Of a DNA stretch of 64,000 bases, positions 45,035 to 60,966 are shown piece by piece. A program made the translations under genes and the position numbers. The stretch is from Escherichia phage T4_ev151, in sequence record LR597660; one strand, 5' to 3'. The stretch's first letter is position 1, and each line of letters opens with the position of its first letter. Below the pieces are notes generated by a model. The model was given only the letters and a program-made list of their open reading frames with translations, was not told the origin of the DNA and searched no databases.

Positions 45035-45611
45035 ATATTTTTATTTGTATTCAATAACTAATAAAACAACAGGAAAAATTTATGTAGGCGTCCACAAAAC
45101 TTCAAATTTGGATGATGGGTATATGGGTTCTGGCGTTGCCATTAAAAATGCCATTAAAAAATATGGCATAGATAATTTTTATAAGCATATTATAAAATTC
45201 TTTGAATCTGAAAAAGCTATGTATGACGCAGAGGCAGAAATAGTCACAGAGGAATTTGTTAAATCTAAGAAAACTTATAATATGAAACTAGGCGGTATCG
45301 GTGGCTTCCCAAAACATAACACAGCGGGTGCTAAAAATGGATTTTACGGTAAATCTCATTCGCGTGAAACTAGATTGAAAATTAGCATTAAATCGTCTAG
45401 AAAAAGAGGGCCTAGAGGGCCTAGAGGTAAAACTCTGAAGATGTGTGGCGCCAATAACCCAAGGTATGGCAAAATAGCCCCTAATGCTAAATCTGTTATT
45501 ATCAACGGCGTTTTATATAAAAGTATTAAAATCGCAGCTAAAGCTCTTAATATAAATTATAGTACCTTAAAGGGGCGAGTTAAAGCGGGGTATTATAAAT
45601 GTCAGGATTGA
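45015..45611 (+). CDS. GIY-YIG homing endonuclease (Seg-like)
   Basis: 198 aa; [21 protein letters not shown] and NGFYGKSHS motifs. Confidence 0.75.
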
Positions 45612-45892
45612 GTTATGATAAGTGTGTTACTGCTGGCCATGAAGCGTGGCCTCCAACAGTTGTGAATGCTACGCAAAGTAAAGTATTCACTGGAGGAATT
45701 GCTGTTCTAGTAGCAGGCGATCCAATTACAGAACATACAGAAATTAAAAAGCCATATGAAACACATGGCGGAGTGACACAACCTAGAACTTCTAAGGTAT
45801 ATGTCACTGGAAAGAAAGCTGTTCAAATGGCTGATCCAATATCATGCGGTGATACTGTGGCTCAGGCATCATCTAAAGTATTCATTAAATAG
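45599..45892 (+). CDS. 5.4: gp5.4 PAAR-like spike tip protein
   Basis: 97 aa, Gly/Val-rich beta repeats with conserved His/Cys; position before gene 6. Confidence 0.8.
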
Positions 45893-45900
45893 GATTTAAA

Positions 45901-47883
45901 ATGGCAAATACCCCTGTAAATTATCAATTAACAAGAACAGCAAATGCTATTCCCGAGATATTCGTCGGGGGTACGTTTGCTGAAATAAAACAAAACCTCA
46001 TTGAATGGCTTAATGGCCAAAATGAATTTTTGGATTATGATTTTGAAGGCTCAAGATTAAACGTTCTGTGCGACCTTTTGGCTTATAATACATTATACAT
46101 TCAGCAGTTTGGTAATGCTGCTGTGTATGAAAGCTTTATGCGTACTGCTAACTTACGAAGTTCAGTTGTTCAAGCTGCACAAGATAATGGATATTTACCT
46201 ACTTCAAAATCCGCTGCGCAGACCGAAATTATGTTAACATGCACCGACGCATTGAATAGGAATTACATTACTATTCCTCGCGGAACTCGCTTTTTAGCAT
46301 ATGCAAAAGATACTTCTGTTAATCCATATAACTTCGTTTCTACCGAAGACGTTATTGCTATTCGTGATAAAAATAACCAATATTTTCCGCGTTTAAAATT
46401 GGCCCAGGGACGTATAGTAAGAACTGAAATCATTTATGATAAATTAACACCTATTATCATTTATGATAAAAATATTGATAGAAACCAGGTTAAATTATAC
46501 GTTGATGGAGCAGAATGGATTAACTGGACAAGAAAGTCAATGGTTCATGCTGGTTCTACATCGACAATTTACTACATGCGTGAAACTATTGATGGAAATA
46601 CTGAATTCTATTTTGGTGAAGGTGAAATTTCTGTTAATGCTTCTGAAGGAGCTTTGACCGCTAATTATATCGGAGGTCTTAAACCTACTCAGAACTCTAC
46701 GATTGTTATTGAGTACATCAGTACTAATGGTGCTGACGCGAACGGAGCAGTCGGATTTTCATACGCAGATACATTAACAAATATAACTGTCATCAATATT
46801 AATGAAAATCCAAACGATGACCCAGATTTTGTTGGGGCAGATGGTGGCGGTGATCCAGAAGATATTGAGCGTATTCGCGAATTGGGTACTATTAAACGCG
46901 AAACCCAGCAACGCTGCGTAACTGCGACTGACTATGATACATTCGTTTCAGAGAGATTCGGTTCTATTATTCAGGCAGTTCAAACTTTCACTGATTCTAC
47001 TAAACCTGGGTATGCATTTATTGCTGCTAAACCTAAATCAGGTCTGTATTTAACTACTGTACAACGTGAAGATATTAAAAATTATCTCAAAGACTATAAT
47101 TTAGCTCCTATTACGCCATCAATTATTTCTCCTAATTATCTTTTTATTAAGACTAATTTAAAAGTCACATATGCTTTAAATAAACTGCAAGAATCCGAGC
47201 AGTGGCTTGAAGGTCAAATAATTGATAAAATTGATCGCTATTATACCGAAGACGTAGAAATTTTTAACTCGTCTTTCGCTAAATCTAAGATGTTGACATA
47301 TGTAGATGATGCAGATCATTCTGTCATTGGTTCATCAGCGACTATTCAAATGGTTCGTGAAGTACAAAACTTCTATAAAACGCCTGAAGCGGGTATTAAA
47401 TACAATAATCAAATAAAAGATCGTTCTATGGAATCTAATACGTTTTCATTTAATTCTGGACGAAAGGTTGTAAATCCTGATACTGGTTTAGAAGAAGATG
47501 TATTATATGATGTTCGTATAGTATCAACAGACCGAGATTCTAAAGGAATTGGTAAAGTTATTATTGGTCCATTTGCTTCTGGCGATGTTACAGAAAATGA
47601 AAACATTCAGCCATATACAGGCAATGATTTTAATAAATTAGCAAATTCTGATGGACGCGACAAATACTATGTTATCGGTGAAATAAATTATCCGGCTGAC
47701 ATGATTTATTGGAATATCGCTAAAATTAATTTAACATCTGAAAAATTTGAGGTTCAGACTATTGAATTATATTCTGACCCAACCGATGATGTTATCTTTA
47801 CCCGTGATGGTTCACTGATTGTATTTGAAAATGATTTACGTCCGCAATACTTAACTATCGATTTGGAGCCTATATCACAATGA
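45901..47883 (+). CDS. 6: Baseplate wedge protein gp6
   Basis: 660 aa as T4 gp6; ATGA coupling to gene 7. Confidence 0.95.
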   Translation: MANTPVNYQLTRTANAIPEIFVGGTFAEIKQNLIEWLNGQNEFLDYDFEGSRLNVLCDLLAYNTLYIQQFGNAAVYESFMRTANLRSSVVQAAQDNGYLPTSKSAAQTEIMLTCTDALNRNYITIPRGTRFLAYAKDTSVNPYNFVSTEDVIAIRDKNNQYFPRLKLAQGRIVRTEIIYDKLTPIIIYDKNIDRNQVKLYVDGAEWINWTRKSMVHAGSTSTIYYMRETIDGNTEFYFGEGEISVNASEGALTANYIGGLKPTQNSTIVIEYISTNGADANGAVGFSYADTLTNITVININENPNDDPDFVGADGGGDPEDIERIRELGTIKRETQQRCVTATDYDTFVSERFGSIIQAVQTFTDSTKPGYAFIAAKPKSGLYLTTVQREDIKNYLKDYNLAPITPSIISPNYLFIKTNLKVTYALNKLQESEQWLEGQIIDKIDRYYTEDVEIFNSSFAKSKMLTYVDDADHSVIGSSATIQMVREVQNFYKTPEAGIKYNNQIKDRSMESNTFSFNSGRKVVNPDTGLEEDVLYDVRIVSTDRDSKGIGKVIIGPFASGDVTENENIQPYTGNDFNKLANSDGRDKYYVIGEINYPADMIYWNIAKINLTSEKFEVQTIELYSDPTDDVIFTRDGSLIVFENDLRPQYLTIDLEPISQ

Positions 47884-50800
47884 CAGTAAAAGCACCTTCA
47901 GTCACTAGTCTCAGAATTTCCAAGTTATCCGCAAATCAGGTGCAAGTACGCTGGGATGACGTTGGTGCTAATTTCTACAAAATAGTAGAAATCGCTGAGA
48001 CAAAAACAGACTCGGGGGAAAATCTCCCGAGTGATCAATATCGTTGGATTAATTTAGGATATACAGCAAACAATAGTTTCTTTTTTGATGATGCTGATCC
48101 ACTAACATCATACATCATTAGAGTAGCTACAGCTGCACAAGATTTTGAGCAATCTGATTGGGTTTATACGGAAGAGTTTGAAACTTTTGCTACGAATGCT
48201 TACACATTTCAAAACATGATTGAAATGCAATTAGCCAATAAATTCATTCAGGAAAAATTTACTCTTAACAATTCTAATTATGTCAATTTTAATAATGACA
48301 CTATAATGGCTGCATTGATGAATGAATCGTTCCAATTCAGCCCATCATATGTTGATGTTTCATCAATCAGTAATTTTATTATTGGTGAAAATGAGTATCA
48401 TGAAATACAAGGTTCTATTCAACAGGTATGTAAGGATATTAACCGAGTTTATTTGATGGAATCAGAAGGGATTCTATATCTTTTTGAGCGTTATCAACCC
48501 GTAGTTAAAGTATCTAATGATAAAGGACAAACCTGGAAAGCTGTGAAGCTCTTCAATGACCGTGTAGGATATCCTTTATCTAGGACAGTATATTACCAAT
48601 CTGCAAACACAACATACGTTCTAGGATACGACAAGATTTTCTACGGCCGCAAATCTACTGATGTTAGATGGTCAGCTGATGATGTGAGATTTAGTTCACA
48701 GGATATAACATTCGCTAAACTTGGTGACCAATTGCATCTAGGATTTGATGTAGAAATTTTTGCCACTTACGCGACTTTACCAGCTAATGTATACCGCATT
48801 GCAGAAGCTATTACTTGCACCGATGATTACATTTACGTTGTCGCCAGAGACAAAGTTAGATACATAAAAACGAGTAATGCACCTATAGATTCTGATCCAT
48901 TATCTCCAACATATTCGGAAAGACTTTTTGAACCTGATACCATGACTATAACTGGAAATCCTAAAGCAGTATGCTATAAAATGGATTCTATCGATGATAA
49001 AGTTTTTGCTCTTATTATTGGAGAAGTTGAAACATTAAATGCCAATCCGAGAACTTCAAAAATAATTGATTCTGCTGATAAAGGAATATATGTTTTAAAT
49101 CATGACGAAAAAACATGGAAAAGAGTTTTCGGTAATACCGAAGAAGAAAGAAGACGTATTCAACCCGGATATGCGAATATGTCAACTGACGGTAAATTAG
49201 TTTCTCTGTCTTCGAGTAATTTTAAATTTTTAAGTGATAACATTGTTAATGACCCTGAAACTGCAGCAAAATATCAGTTAATCGGTGCTGTTAAATATGA
49301 ATTTCCTCGTGAATGGTTAGCTGATAAGCATTATCATATGATGGCATTTATAGCGGATGAAAAATCTGATTGGGAGACTTTTACTCCTCAACCAATGAAA
49401 TACTACGCAGAACCGTTCTTTAACTGGTCTAAAAAATCTAACACACGTTGTTGGATAAACAACTCTGATAGAGCTGTAGTAGTTTATGCTGATTTAAAAT
49501 ACACCAAAGTTATAGAAAATATTCCGGAAACATCACCAGATAGATTAGTTCATGAATATTGGGATGATGGTGATTGCACTATAGTAATGCCAAATGTTAA
49601 ATTCACTGGATTTAAAAAATATGCGTCTGGGATGCTTTTCTACAAAGCCTCCGGTGAAATAATTTCTTACTATGATTTTAACTATCGTGTGAGAGATACA
49701 GTAGAAATTATTTGGAAGCCGACTGGAGTATTTTTAAAAGCATTTTTACAAAACCAAGAGCATGAGACTCCTTGGTCACCAGAAGAAGAGCATGGATTAG
49801 CTGATCCTGATTTAAGACCATTAATTGGCACAATGATGCCTGATTCTTATTTGTTGCAGGATTCGAATTTTGAGGCATTTTGCGAAGCATATATTCAGTA
49901 TCTTTCTGATGGATATGGAACTCAGTATAACAATTTACGAAATTTAATTCGTAATCAGTATCCACGAGAAGAGCATGCATGGGAATATTTGTGGTCAGAG
50001 ATATATAAAAGAAACATTTATTTGAACGCGGATAAGCGAGATGCTGTTGCAAGATTTTTTGAATCACGTAGCTATGATTTTTATTCTACTAAAGGAATTG
50101 AAGCATCATACAAGTTTCTTTTTAAAGTTCTTTATAATGAAGAAGTTGAAATTGAAATTGAATCTGGGGCTGGTACTGAATATGACATAATCGTTCAATC
50201 TGATTCTTTGACTGAAGATTTAGTAGGACAAACGATTTATACGGCAACAGGAAGATGTAATGTTACTTATATAGAAAGAAGCTATTCTAATGGTAAATTG
50301 CAATGGACCGTAACTATTCATAATCTTTTGGGACGATTAATTGCTGGTCAAGAAGTTAAAGCAGAAAGACTCCCTAGTTTTGAAGGCGAAATTATTCGTG
50401 GCGTTAAAGGAAAGGATTTGCTTCAAAACAATATAGACTATATTAATAGAAGTAGATCATACTATGTAATGAAAATTAAATCCAATTTACCTTCTTCCCG
50501 TTGGAAATCTGACGTTATTCGTTTTGTTCATCCAGTAGGATTTGGATTTATAGCAATTACCCTTTTAACGATGTTTATTAATGTTGGTTTAACTCTTAAA
50601 CATACAGAGACTATAATTAATAAATACAAAAACTATAAATGGGATTCTGGATTGCCTACTGAATATGCTGATAGAGTAGCTAAATTAACTCCAACCGGTG
50701 AAATTGAACATGATTCAGTAACAGGCGAAGCAATTTATGAGCCTGGCCCAATGGCTGGTGTAGAATATCCTCTTCCTGATGACTATAATGCTGAAAATAA

Positions 50801-50978
50801 TAATTCAATATTTCAAGGTCAATTGCCGTCTGAACGACGTAAATTAATGAGTCCTTTATTTGATGCATCTGGAACAACATTTGCGCAATTTAGAGATTTA
50901 GTTAATAAACGTCTAAAAGATAATATAGGAAATCCAAGAGACCCTGAAAATCCAACACAGGTTAAAATAGATGAATGA
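47880..50978 (+). CDS. 7: Baseplate wedge protein gp7
   Basis: 1032 aa as T4 gp7. Confidence 0.95.
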   Translation: MTVKAPSVTSLRISKLSANQVQVRWDDVGANFYKIVEIAETKTDSGENLPSDQYRWINLGYTANNSFFFDDADPLTSYIIRVATAAQDFEQSDWVYTEEFETFATNAYTFQNMIEMQLANKFIQEKFTLNNSNYVNFNNDTIMAALMNESFQFSPSYVDVSSISNFIIGENEYHEIQGSIQQVCKDINRVYLMESEGILYLFERYQPVVKVSNDKGQTWKAVKLFNDRVGYPLSRTVYYQSANTTYVLGYDKIFYGRKSTDVRWSADDVRFSSQDITFAKLGDQLHLGFDVEIFATYATLPANVYRIAEAITCTDDYIYVVARDKVRYIKTSNAPIDSDPLSPTYSERLFEPDTMTITGNPKAVCYKMDSIDDKVFALIIGEVETLNANPRTSKIIDSADKGIYVLNHDEKTWKRVFGNTEEERRRIQPGYANMSTDGKLVSLSSSNFKFLSDNIVNDPETAAKYQLIGAVKYEFPREWLADKHYHMMAFIADEKSDWETFTPQPMKYYAEPFFNWSKKSNTRCWINNSDRAVVVYADLKYTKVIENIPETSPDRLVHEYWDDGDCTIVMPNVKFTGFKKYASGMLFYKASGEIISYYDFNYRVRDTVEIIWKPTGVFLKAFLQNQEHETPWSPEEEHGLADPDLRPLIGTMMPDSYLLQDSNFEAFCEAYIQYLSDGYGTQYNNLRNLIRNQYPREEHAWEYLWSEIYKRNIYLNADKRDAVARFFESRSYDFYSTKGIEASYKFLFKVLYNEEVEIEIESGAGTEYDIIVQSDSLTEDLVGQTIYTATGRCNVTYIERSYSNGKLQWTVTIHNLLGRLIAGQEVKAERLPSFEGEIIRGVKGKDLLQNNIDYINRSRSYYVMKIKSNLPSSRWKSDVIRFVHPVGFGFIAITLLTMFINVGLTLKHTETIINKYKNYKWDSGLPTEYADRVAKLTPTGEIEHDSVTGEAIYEPGPMAGVEYPLPDDYNAENNNSIFQGQLPSERRKLMSPLFDASGTTFAQFRDLVNKRLKDNIGNPRDPENPTQVKIDE

Positions 50979-51975
50979 TTCAAGTGTTATCTATCGTGCG
51001 ATAGTTACTTCAAAATTTAGAACAGAAAAAATGTTGAATTTTTATAATTCAATTGGGAGTGGTCCGGATAAAAACACTATCTTTATCACATTTGGAAGAT
51101 CAGAACCGTGGTCATCAAATGAAAATGAGGTGGGCTTTGCCCCACCTTATCCAACCGATTCTGTATTAGGCGTAACTGACATGTGGACGCATATGATGGG
51201 AACAGTAAAAGTTCTTCCATCAATGCTTGATGCAGTTATTCCTCGTCGAGATTGGGGAGATACTAGATATCCGGATCCGTATACATTTAGAATTAACGAT
51301 ATTGTAGTGTGTAACTCAGCTCCTTACAATGCTACTGAATCAGGCGCAGGCTGGTTAGTATATCGTTGTTTAGATGTTCCTGATACTGGAATGTGTTCAA
51401 TAACATCTTTAACTGATAAGGATGAATGCCTCAAATTAGGTGGAAAATGGACACCTTCTGTTAGGTCAATGACTCCTCCTGAAGGCCGAGGAGATGCTGA
51501 AGGAACAATTGAACCTGGAGACGGATATGTTTGGGAATATCTATTTGAGATTCCGCCTGATGTATCTATAAATAGATGCACAAATGAATATATCGTGGTT
51601 CCTTGGCCTGAGGAATTAAAAGAAGACCCGACTAGATGGGGGTATGAAGATAATCTCACTTGGCAGCAAGATGATTTTGGATTGATTTACCGAGTTAAGG
51701 CAAATACTATCCGTTTTAAAGCATATTTAGATTCAGTTTATTTTCCTGAAGCTGCATTGCCAGGAAATAAAGGATTTAGACAAATATCAATAATCACGAA
51801 TCCTCTTGAAGCTAAAGTTCATCCAAATGACCCAAACGTTAAAGCTGAAAAGGATTATTATGACCCAGAAGATTTAATGAGGCATTCGGGCGAAATGATT
51901 TATATGGAAAATAGGCCACCTATTATTATGGCAATGGATCAAACAGAAGAAATCAATATTCTGTTTACATTTTAA
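50971..51975 (+). CDS. 8: Baseplate wedge protein gp8
   Basis: 334 aa as T4 gp8. Confidence 0.95.
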   Translation: MNDSSVIYRAIVTSKFRTEKMLNFYNSIGSGPDKNTIFITFGRSEPWSSNENEVGFAPPYPTDSVLGVTDMWTHMMGTVKVLPSMLDAVIPRRDWGDTRYPDPYTFRINDIVVCNSAPYNATESGAGWLVYRCLDVPDTGMCSITSLTDKDECLKLGGKWTPSVRSMTPPEGRGDAEGTIEPGDGYVWEYLFEIPPDVSINRCTNEYIVVPWPEELKEDPTRWGYEDNLTWQQDDFGLIYRVKANTIRFKAYLDSVYFPEAALPGNKGFRQISIITNPLEAKVHPNDPNVKAEKDYYDPEDLMRHSGEMIYMENRPPIIMAMDQTEEINILFTF

Positions 51976-51980
51976 ATTAA

Positions 51981-52003
51981 GGGAGCCCATGGGCTCCCTT
52001 TTT
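51981..52003 (+). terminator. Rho-independent terminator after gene 8
   Basis: GGGAGCC-CAUG-GGCUCCC hairpin followed by UUUUU. Confidence 0.75.
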
Positions 52004-52006
52004 CTT

Positions 52007-52014
52007 TATAAATA
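52007..52014 (+). promoter_or_regulatory. Late promoter (TATAAATA) for gene 9
   Basis: Exact TATAAATA 25 nt upstream of gene 9 ATG. Confidence 0.65.
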
Positions 52015-52038
52015 TTATAAACTCATAAGGAAACCGCT

Positions 52039-52905
52039 ATGTTCATTCAAGAACCAAAGAAATTGATTGATACCGGCGAAATTGGTAACGCTTCTACTGG
52101 TGATATCTTATTCGACGGTGGTAATAAAATTAATAGTGATTTTAACGCAATTTATAATGCGTTTGGCGATCAGCGTAAAATGGCAGTAGCAAATGGCACT
52201 GGAGCTGATGGTCAAATTATCCATGCTACTGGATATTATCAAAAACACTCTATTGCTGAGTATGCAACTCCAGTAAAAGTTGGCACTAGACATGATATTG
52301 ATACCTCTACTGTAGGTGTTAAAGTTATCATTGAAAGAGGAGAACTTGGCGATTGTGTTGAATTCATTAACTCTAATGGATCAATATCAGTTACTAATCC
52401 TTTAACGATTCAGGCTATTGATTCAATTAAAGGTGTTTCAGGTAATTTGGTAGTAACTACTCCATATAGTAAAGTTACTTTACGCTGTATTTCATCTGAT
52501 AATTCTACGTCGGTTTGGAATTATTCTATTGAAAGCATGTTTGGTCAAAAGGAATCACCGGTTGAAGGTACGTGGAATATTTCTACATCTGGATCAGTTG
52601 ACATTCCATTGTTTCATCGCACTGAATATAACATGGCTAAATTGTTAGTTACATGCCAGTCAGCAGATGGAAGAAAAATTAAAACAGCAGAAATAAATAT
52701 TCTTGTGGATATTGTTAATTCAGAGGTCATTTCTTCTGAATATGCTGTCATGCGAGTTGGGAATGAAACCGAAGAAGACGAAATCGCTAATATTGCATTT
52801 AGTATTAAAGAAAATTATGTAACGGCGACTATAAGTTCTTCAACTGTCGGTATGAGAGCAGCAGTTAAAGTTATCGCTACGCAGAAAATCGGGGTGGCTC
52901 AATAA
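52039..52905 (+). CDS. 9: Baseplate wedge protein gp9 (long tail fiber socket)
   Basis: 288 aa as T4 gp9. Confidence 0.95.
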   Translation: MFIQEPKKLIDTGEIGNASTGDILFDGGNKINSDFNAIYNAFGDQRKMAVANGTGADGQIIHATGYYQKHSIAEYATPVKVGTRHDIDTSTVGVKVIIERGELGDCVEFINSNGSISVTNPLTIQAIDSIKGVSGNLVVTTPYSKVTLRCISSDNSTSVWNYSIESMFGQKESPVEGTWNISTSGSVDIPLFHRTEYNMAKLLVTCQSADGRKIKTAEINILVDIVNSEVISSEYAVMRVGNETEEDEIANIAFSIKENYVTATISSSTVGMRAAVKVIATQKIGVAQ

Positions 52906-54710
52906 TGAAACAAAATATTAATATCGGTAATGCTGTAGATGATGGTACCGGTGACTACCTGCGTAAAGGTGGTATAAAAATAAATGAAAACTTTGATGAG
53001 CTTTATTACGAGCTTGGTGACGGTGATGTTCCATATTCAGCTGGTGCCTGGAAAACTTATAATGCTTCATCAGGACAAACACTAACAGCAGAATGGGGAA
53101 AATCATATGCCATTAACACTTCATCTGGAAGAGTAACTCTACAACTTCCTAAAGGAACCGTTAATGATTATAATAAAGTAATTAAAGCTAGGGATGTATT
53201 TGCAACATGGAATGTTAATCCAGTTACTCTAGTAGCCGCTTCTGGTGATACTATTAAAGGATCATCGTCATCAGTTGAAATTAATGTTCAATTTAGCGAT
53301 TTAGAATTAGTTTATTGTGCTCCAGGACGTTGGGAATATGTCAAAAACAAACAAATTGACAAAATTATTAGTTCAGATATTAGTAATGTAGCACGTAAAG
53401 AATTTTTAGTCGAAGTTCAAGGACAAACAGACTTTTTAGATGTTTTCCGTGGAACTAGCTATAATGTTAATAACATCCGAGTAAAACACCGCGGTAATGA
53501 ATTATATTATGGCGATGTATTTAGTGAAAACAGTGACTTTGGTTCTCCTGGGGAAAATGAAGGCGAATTAGTTCCTCTTGATGGATTTAACATTCGATTA
53601 AGACAGCCTTGTAATATTGGTGACACTGTTCAAATTGAAACATTTATGGATGGTGTATCACAATGGAGAAGTTCATATACAAGACGCCAAATAAAAGTAC
53701 TGGATTCAAAACTAACATCAAAGACTTCTTTAGAAGGAAGCATTTATGTTACTGATTTATCAGCGATGAAATCAATTCCATTCTCTGCATTTGGATTAAT
53801 TCCTGGTGAACCCATTAATCCTAACTCTCTTGAGGTTCGTTTTAATGGAATTTTACAGCAGCAGGCTGGAACAGCTGGATATCCTCTGTTTTTGTGTGAA
53901 GGCGCTAATTCAGATACGCAAGCAGGATGTATATCTCTTGGTGGTGAATGGAAAGAATCAAACACCGATTATTCTATAGAATATGAAGACGGAAAACCTA
54001 TCAGTCTTTTATTTGATAGAAAATTTGAATCCGGTGACATTATCGTTATAACATGGTTCAATAATGATTTAGGAACTCTTTTAGAAAAAGATGACATCAT
54101 TGAATTGACTAATGACCGTTATGTTAGTAAAGGATCATCTACTGAAGTTACTGGTGATGTAGCCTTAACAGATTTTGATAAAATCGGTTGGCCAAATGTT
54201 GAAAAAGTTGATTCTTATACTAGAACGTATAATTCAATATCATCTATTTTCGACAGCATTTATCCTGTTGGTTCAATTTATGAAAATGCTATAAATCCGA
54301 ATAATCCAGCGACTTATATGGGATTTGGTTCATGGAAATTATTTGGTAAAGGGCAGGTTTTAGTAGGATGGAATGATGATGTTACAGATCCAAACTTTGC
54401 ATTAAACAATAATGATTTAGATTCTAGCGGAAATCCTTCACATACCGCCGGTGGAACAGTTGGTACAACATCAGTAACGCTTGAAAACGCAAATCTTCCT
54501 GCGACTAAAACTGATGAAAGAGTTTTAATTGAAGACGAAAATGGATCGGTTATTATTGGAGGTTGCCAATATGACCCAGATGAAACTGGTCCTATATATA
54601 CAAAATATCGTGAAGACTACGCAATAACAAACTCTTCACATACTCCTCCTGCTAATATTAGTAATATTCAACCGTCTATTACTGTATACCGTTGGATAAG
54701 GATTGCATAA
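52905..54710 (+). CDS. 10: Baseplate wedge protein gp10
   Basis: 601 aa (T4 gp10 is 602 aa). Confidence 0.95.
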   Translation: MKQNINIGNAVDDGTGDYLRKGGIKINENFDELYYELGDGDVPYSAGAWKTYNASSGQTLTAEWGKSYAINTSSGRVTLQLPKGTVNDYNKVIKARDVFATWNVNPVTLVAASGDTIKGSSSSVEINVQFSDLELVYCAPGRWEYVKNKQIDKIISSDISNVARKEFLVEVQGQTDFLDVFRGTSYNVNNIRVKHRGNELYYGDVFSENSDFGSPGENEGELVPLDGFNIRLRQPCNIGDTVQIETFMDGVSQWRSSYTRRQIKVLDSKLTSKTSLEGSIYVTDLSAMKSIPFSAFGLIPGEPINPNSLEVRFNGILQQQAGTAGYPLFLCEGANSDTQAGCISLGGEWKESNTDYSIEYEDGKPISLLFDRKFESGDIIVITWFNNDLGTLLEKDDIIELTNDRYVSKGSSTEVTGDVALTDFDKIGWPNVEKVDSYTRTYNSISSIFDSIYPVGSIYENAINPNNPATYMGFGSWKLFGKGQVLVGWNDDVTDPNFALNNNDLDSSGNPSHTAGGTVGTTSVTLENANLPATKTDERVLIEDENGSVIIGGCQYDPDETGPIYTKYREDYAITNSSHTPPANISNIQPSITVYRWIRIA

Positions 54711-55369
54711 TGAGTTTACTTAATAATAAAGCGGGAGTTATTTCCCGCTTAGCAGATTTTCTTGGTTTTAGAACTAAGAAAAATGATATTTCGGTTATGA
54801 ATAATCAGCCAGTAGGTGCTGTAACAATTTCACAAATAGCAAAAGGTTTTTATGACCCAAATGTAGAATCTGCTATTAATGATGTTAGAAATATGGCAGA
54901 GCAACAGGTTGGAGCTGTATTAGTTAATATAAGTGGCGTATCTCCTACTGGCGTGCAGCAAACAGACTATTGGTCATTTGAAGGAACTGTTACTGATACT
55001 TCAGCCAAACCAGGTGACCCAGTTATTGTTAATATGTTTGGCATTCCTGTTAAAGCTACTAATGGAATGACTTCAATCGAATTTACCAGTGCCGTTAGAA
55101 CAGCTCTGCAGGAAATGGTTGCAAAATTTATTGCAATTGATTCATTTGAAGACCATCCTACTATAGGGAATAAAATACAAGTTAAGTATTTAGATAACCA
55201 AGAACATATCTTAGAGCAATACTCTGATAAAGGAATTACTTTCAAACAAGAAATAATTTCTCCTTCTAAACCTGGATATGGAACTTGGCAATTATTAGGT
55301 GCGCAAACTGTCACGTTAGATAGTCACACACAACCTACAGTATTTTATTATTTTGAGAGAATAGCATGA
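54710..55369 (+). CDS. 11: Baseplate wedge protein gp11
   Basis: 219 aa from ATG 54710 ([20 protein letters not shown]); track TTG extension rejected. Confidence 0.95.
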   Translation: MSLLNNKAGVISRLADFLGFRTKKNDISVMNNQPVGAVTISQIAKGFYDPNVESAINDVRNMAEQQVGAVLVNISGVSPTGVQQTDYWSFEGTVTDTSAKPGDPVIVNMFGIPVKATNGMTSIEFTSAVRTALQEMVAKFIAIDSFEDHPTIGNKIQVKYLDNQEHILEQYSDKGITFKQEIISPSKPGYGTWQLLGAQTVTLDSHTQPTVFYYFERIA

Positions 55370-56916
55370 GTAATAATACATATCAGCACGTATCAAATGA
55401 ATCAAAATATGTTAAATTCGATCCAGTGGGATCGAATTTTCCTGACACTGTTACGACGGTGCAGTCTGCATTATCAAAAATAAGTAATATCGGCGTAAAT
55501 GGTATTCCTGATGCAACTATGGAAGTTAAAGGAATAGCAATGATTGCATCAGAGCAAGAGGTTTTAGATGGAACAAATAATTCTAAAATCGTTACACCAG
55601 CTACATTAGCAACAAGATTATTGTATCCAAATGCTACTGAAACTAAATATGGTTTAACGCGCTATTCAACAAATGAAGAAACATTAGAAGGCTCAGATAA
55701 TAATTCATCAATAACACCGCAAAAACTGAAATACCATACTGATGATGTGTTCCAAAATAGATATTCGTCTGAGTCATCAAACGGGGTTATTAAAATATCA
55801 TCTACGCCTGCAGCTTTGGCTGGTGTCGATGATACTACAGCGATGACTCCGCTGAAAACCCAAAAACTTGCAATAAAATTAATTTCACAAATAGCTCCTT
55901 CAGAAGACACTGCAACAGAATCTGTGAGAGGAGTAGTTCAATTATCTACTGTTGCACAAACTCGTCAAGGAACTCTCCGCGAAGGATATGCAATTTCCCC
56001 GTATACCTTTATGAATTCTGTTGCAACACAAGAATATAAGGGTGTTATACGTCTAGGAACACAAGCAGAAATTAATAATAATTTGGGGGATGTTGCAGTA
56101 ACAGGTGAAACACTAAATGGTCGAGGAGCTACCGGTTCTATGCGTGGGGTAGTAAAATTAACGACGCAAGCTGGTATTGCTCCTGAAGGTGATAGCTCTG
56201 GGGCATTAGCCTGGAACGCAGATGTAATTAATACTCGTGGTGGACAAACTATTAATGGTTCTTTAAATTTAGATCATCTCACAGCAAATGGAATTTGGTC
56301 GCGCGGCGGAATGTGGAAAAATGGCGATCAACCTGTTGCCACTGAAAGATATGCGTCCGAAAGGGTTCCGGTTGGAACTATTATGATGTTTGCGGGAGAT
56401 TCAGCACCTCCGGGTTGGATTATGTGCCACGGTGGAACAGTGTCAGGAGATCAATATCCTGATTATAGAAACACAGTTGGAACAAGATTTGGTGGTGATT
56501 GGAATAACCCTGGCATTCCTGATATGAGAGGTCTTTTTGTTAGAGGAGCTGGCACGGGCGGTCATATTTTAAATCAACGTGGACAAGATGGTTATGGGAA
56601 GGATAGACTTGGTGTAGGATGTGACGGAATGCATGTTGGTGGTGTTCAAGCGCAACAAATGTCATACCATAAACATGCTGGTGGTTGGGGAGAATATAAC
56701 AGAAGTGAAGGTCCATTTGGCGCGTCTGTTTATCAAGGATATCTTGGAACTAGAAAATATGCCGACTGGGATAACGCTTCATACTTCACCAATGATGGAT
56801 TTGAATTAGGTGGACCGAGAGATGCCCTTGGTACACTTAATCGTGAAGGATTAATTGGTTATGAAACTAGACCATGGAATATATCATTAAACTATATTAT
56901 TAAAATTCATTACTAA
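55366..56916 (+). CDS. 12: Short tail fiber gp12
   Basis: 516 aa; ATGA coupling with gene 11. Confidence 0.95.
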   Translation: MSNNTYQHVSNESKYVKFDPVGSNFPDTVTTVQSALSKISNIGVNGIPDATMEVKGIAMIASEQEVLDGTNNSKIVTPATLATRLLYPNATETKYGLTRYSTNEETLEGSDNNSSITPQKLKYHTDDVFQNRYSSESSNGVIKISSTPAALAGVDDTTAMTPLKTQKLAIKLISQIAPSEDTATESVRGVVQLSTVAQTRQGTLREGYAISPYTFMNSVATQEYKGVIRLGTQAEINNNLGDVAVTGETLNGRGATGSMRGVVKLTTQAGIAPEGDSSGALAWNADVINTRGGQTINGSLNLDHLTANGIWSRGGMWKNGDQPVATERYASERVPVGTIMMFAGDSAPPGWIMCHGGTVSGDQYPDYRNTVGTRFGGDWNNPGIPDMRGLFVRGAGTGGHILNQRGQDGYGKDRLGVGCDGMHVGGVQAQQMSYHKHAGGWGEYNRSEGPFGASVYQGYLGTRKYADWDNASYFTNDGFELGGPRDALGTLNREGLIGYETRPWNISLNYIIKIHY

Positions 56917-58383
<1,467 letters not shown>

Positions 58384-58386
58384 CAT

Positions 58387-58402
58387 GGGGCCGCAAGGCC
58401 CC
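58387..58402 (+). terminator. GC hairpin after wac (weak terminator or stability element)
   Basis: ggggcc-gcaa-ggcccc; poor U tract. Confidence 0.4.
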
Positions 58403-58414
58403 AAAGGATTTTAA

Positions 58415-60923
<2,509 letters not shown>

Positions 60924-60925
<2 letters not shown>

Positions 60926-60939
60926 TAAATATTATAAAC
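60924..60939 (+). promoter_or_regulatory. Probable late promoter for gene 15 (near-consensus)
   Basis: AATAAATAttATAAACT; one mismatch from TATAAATA in each half. Confidence 0.4.
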
Positions 60940-60966
60940 TAATTAAAGCCCAGATTAGGAGAAGTC

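Noticed and set aside
45590-45597. TATAAAT box immediately before the gene 5.4 start
   Set aside because: It abuts the ATG, leaving no room for a transcribed leader and SD; probably chance AT-rich sequence.
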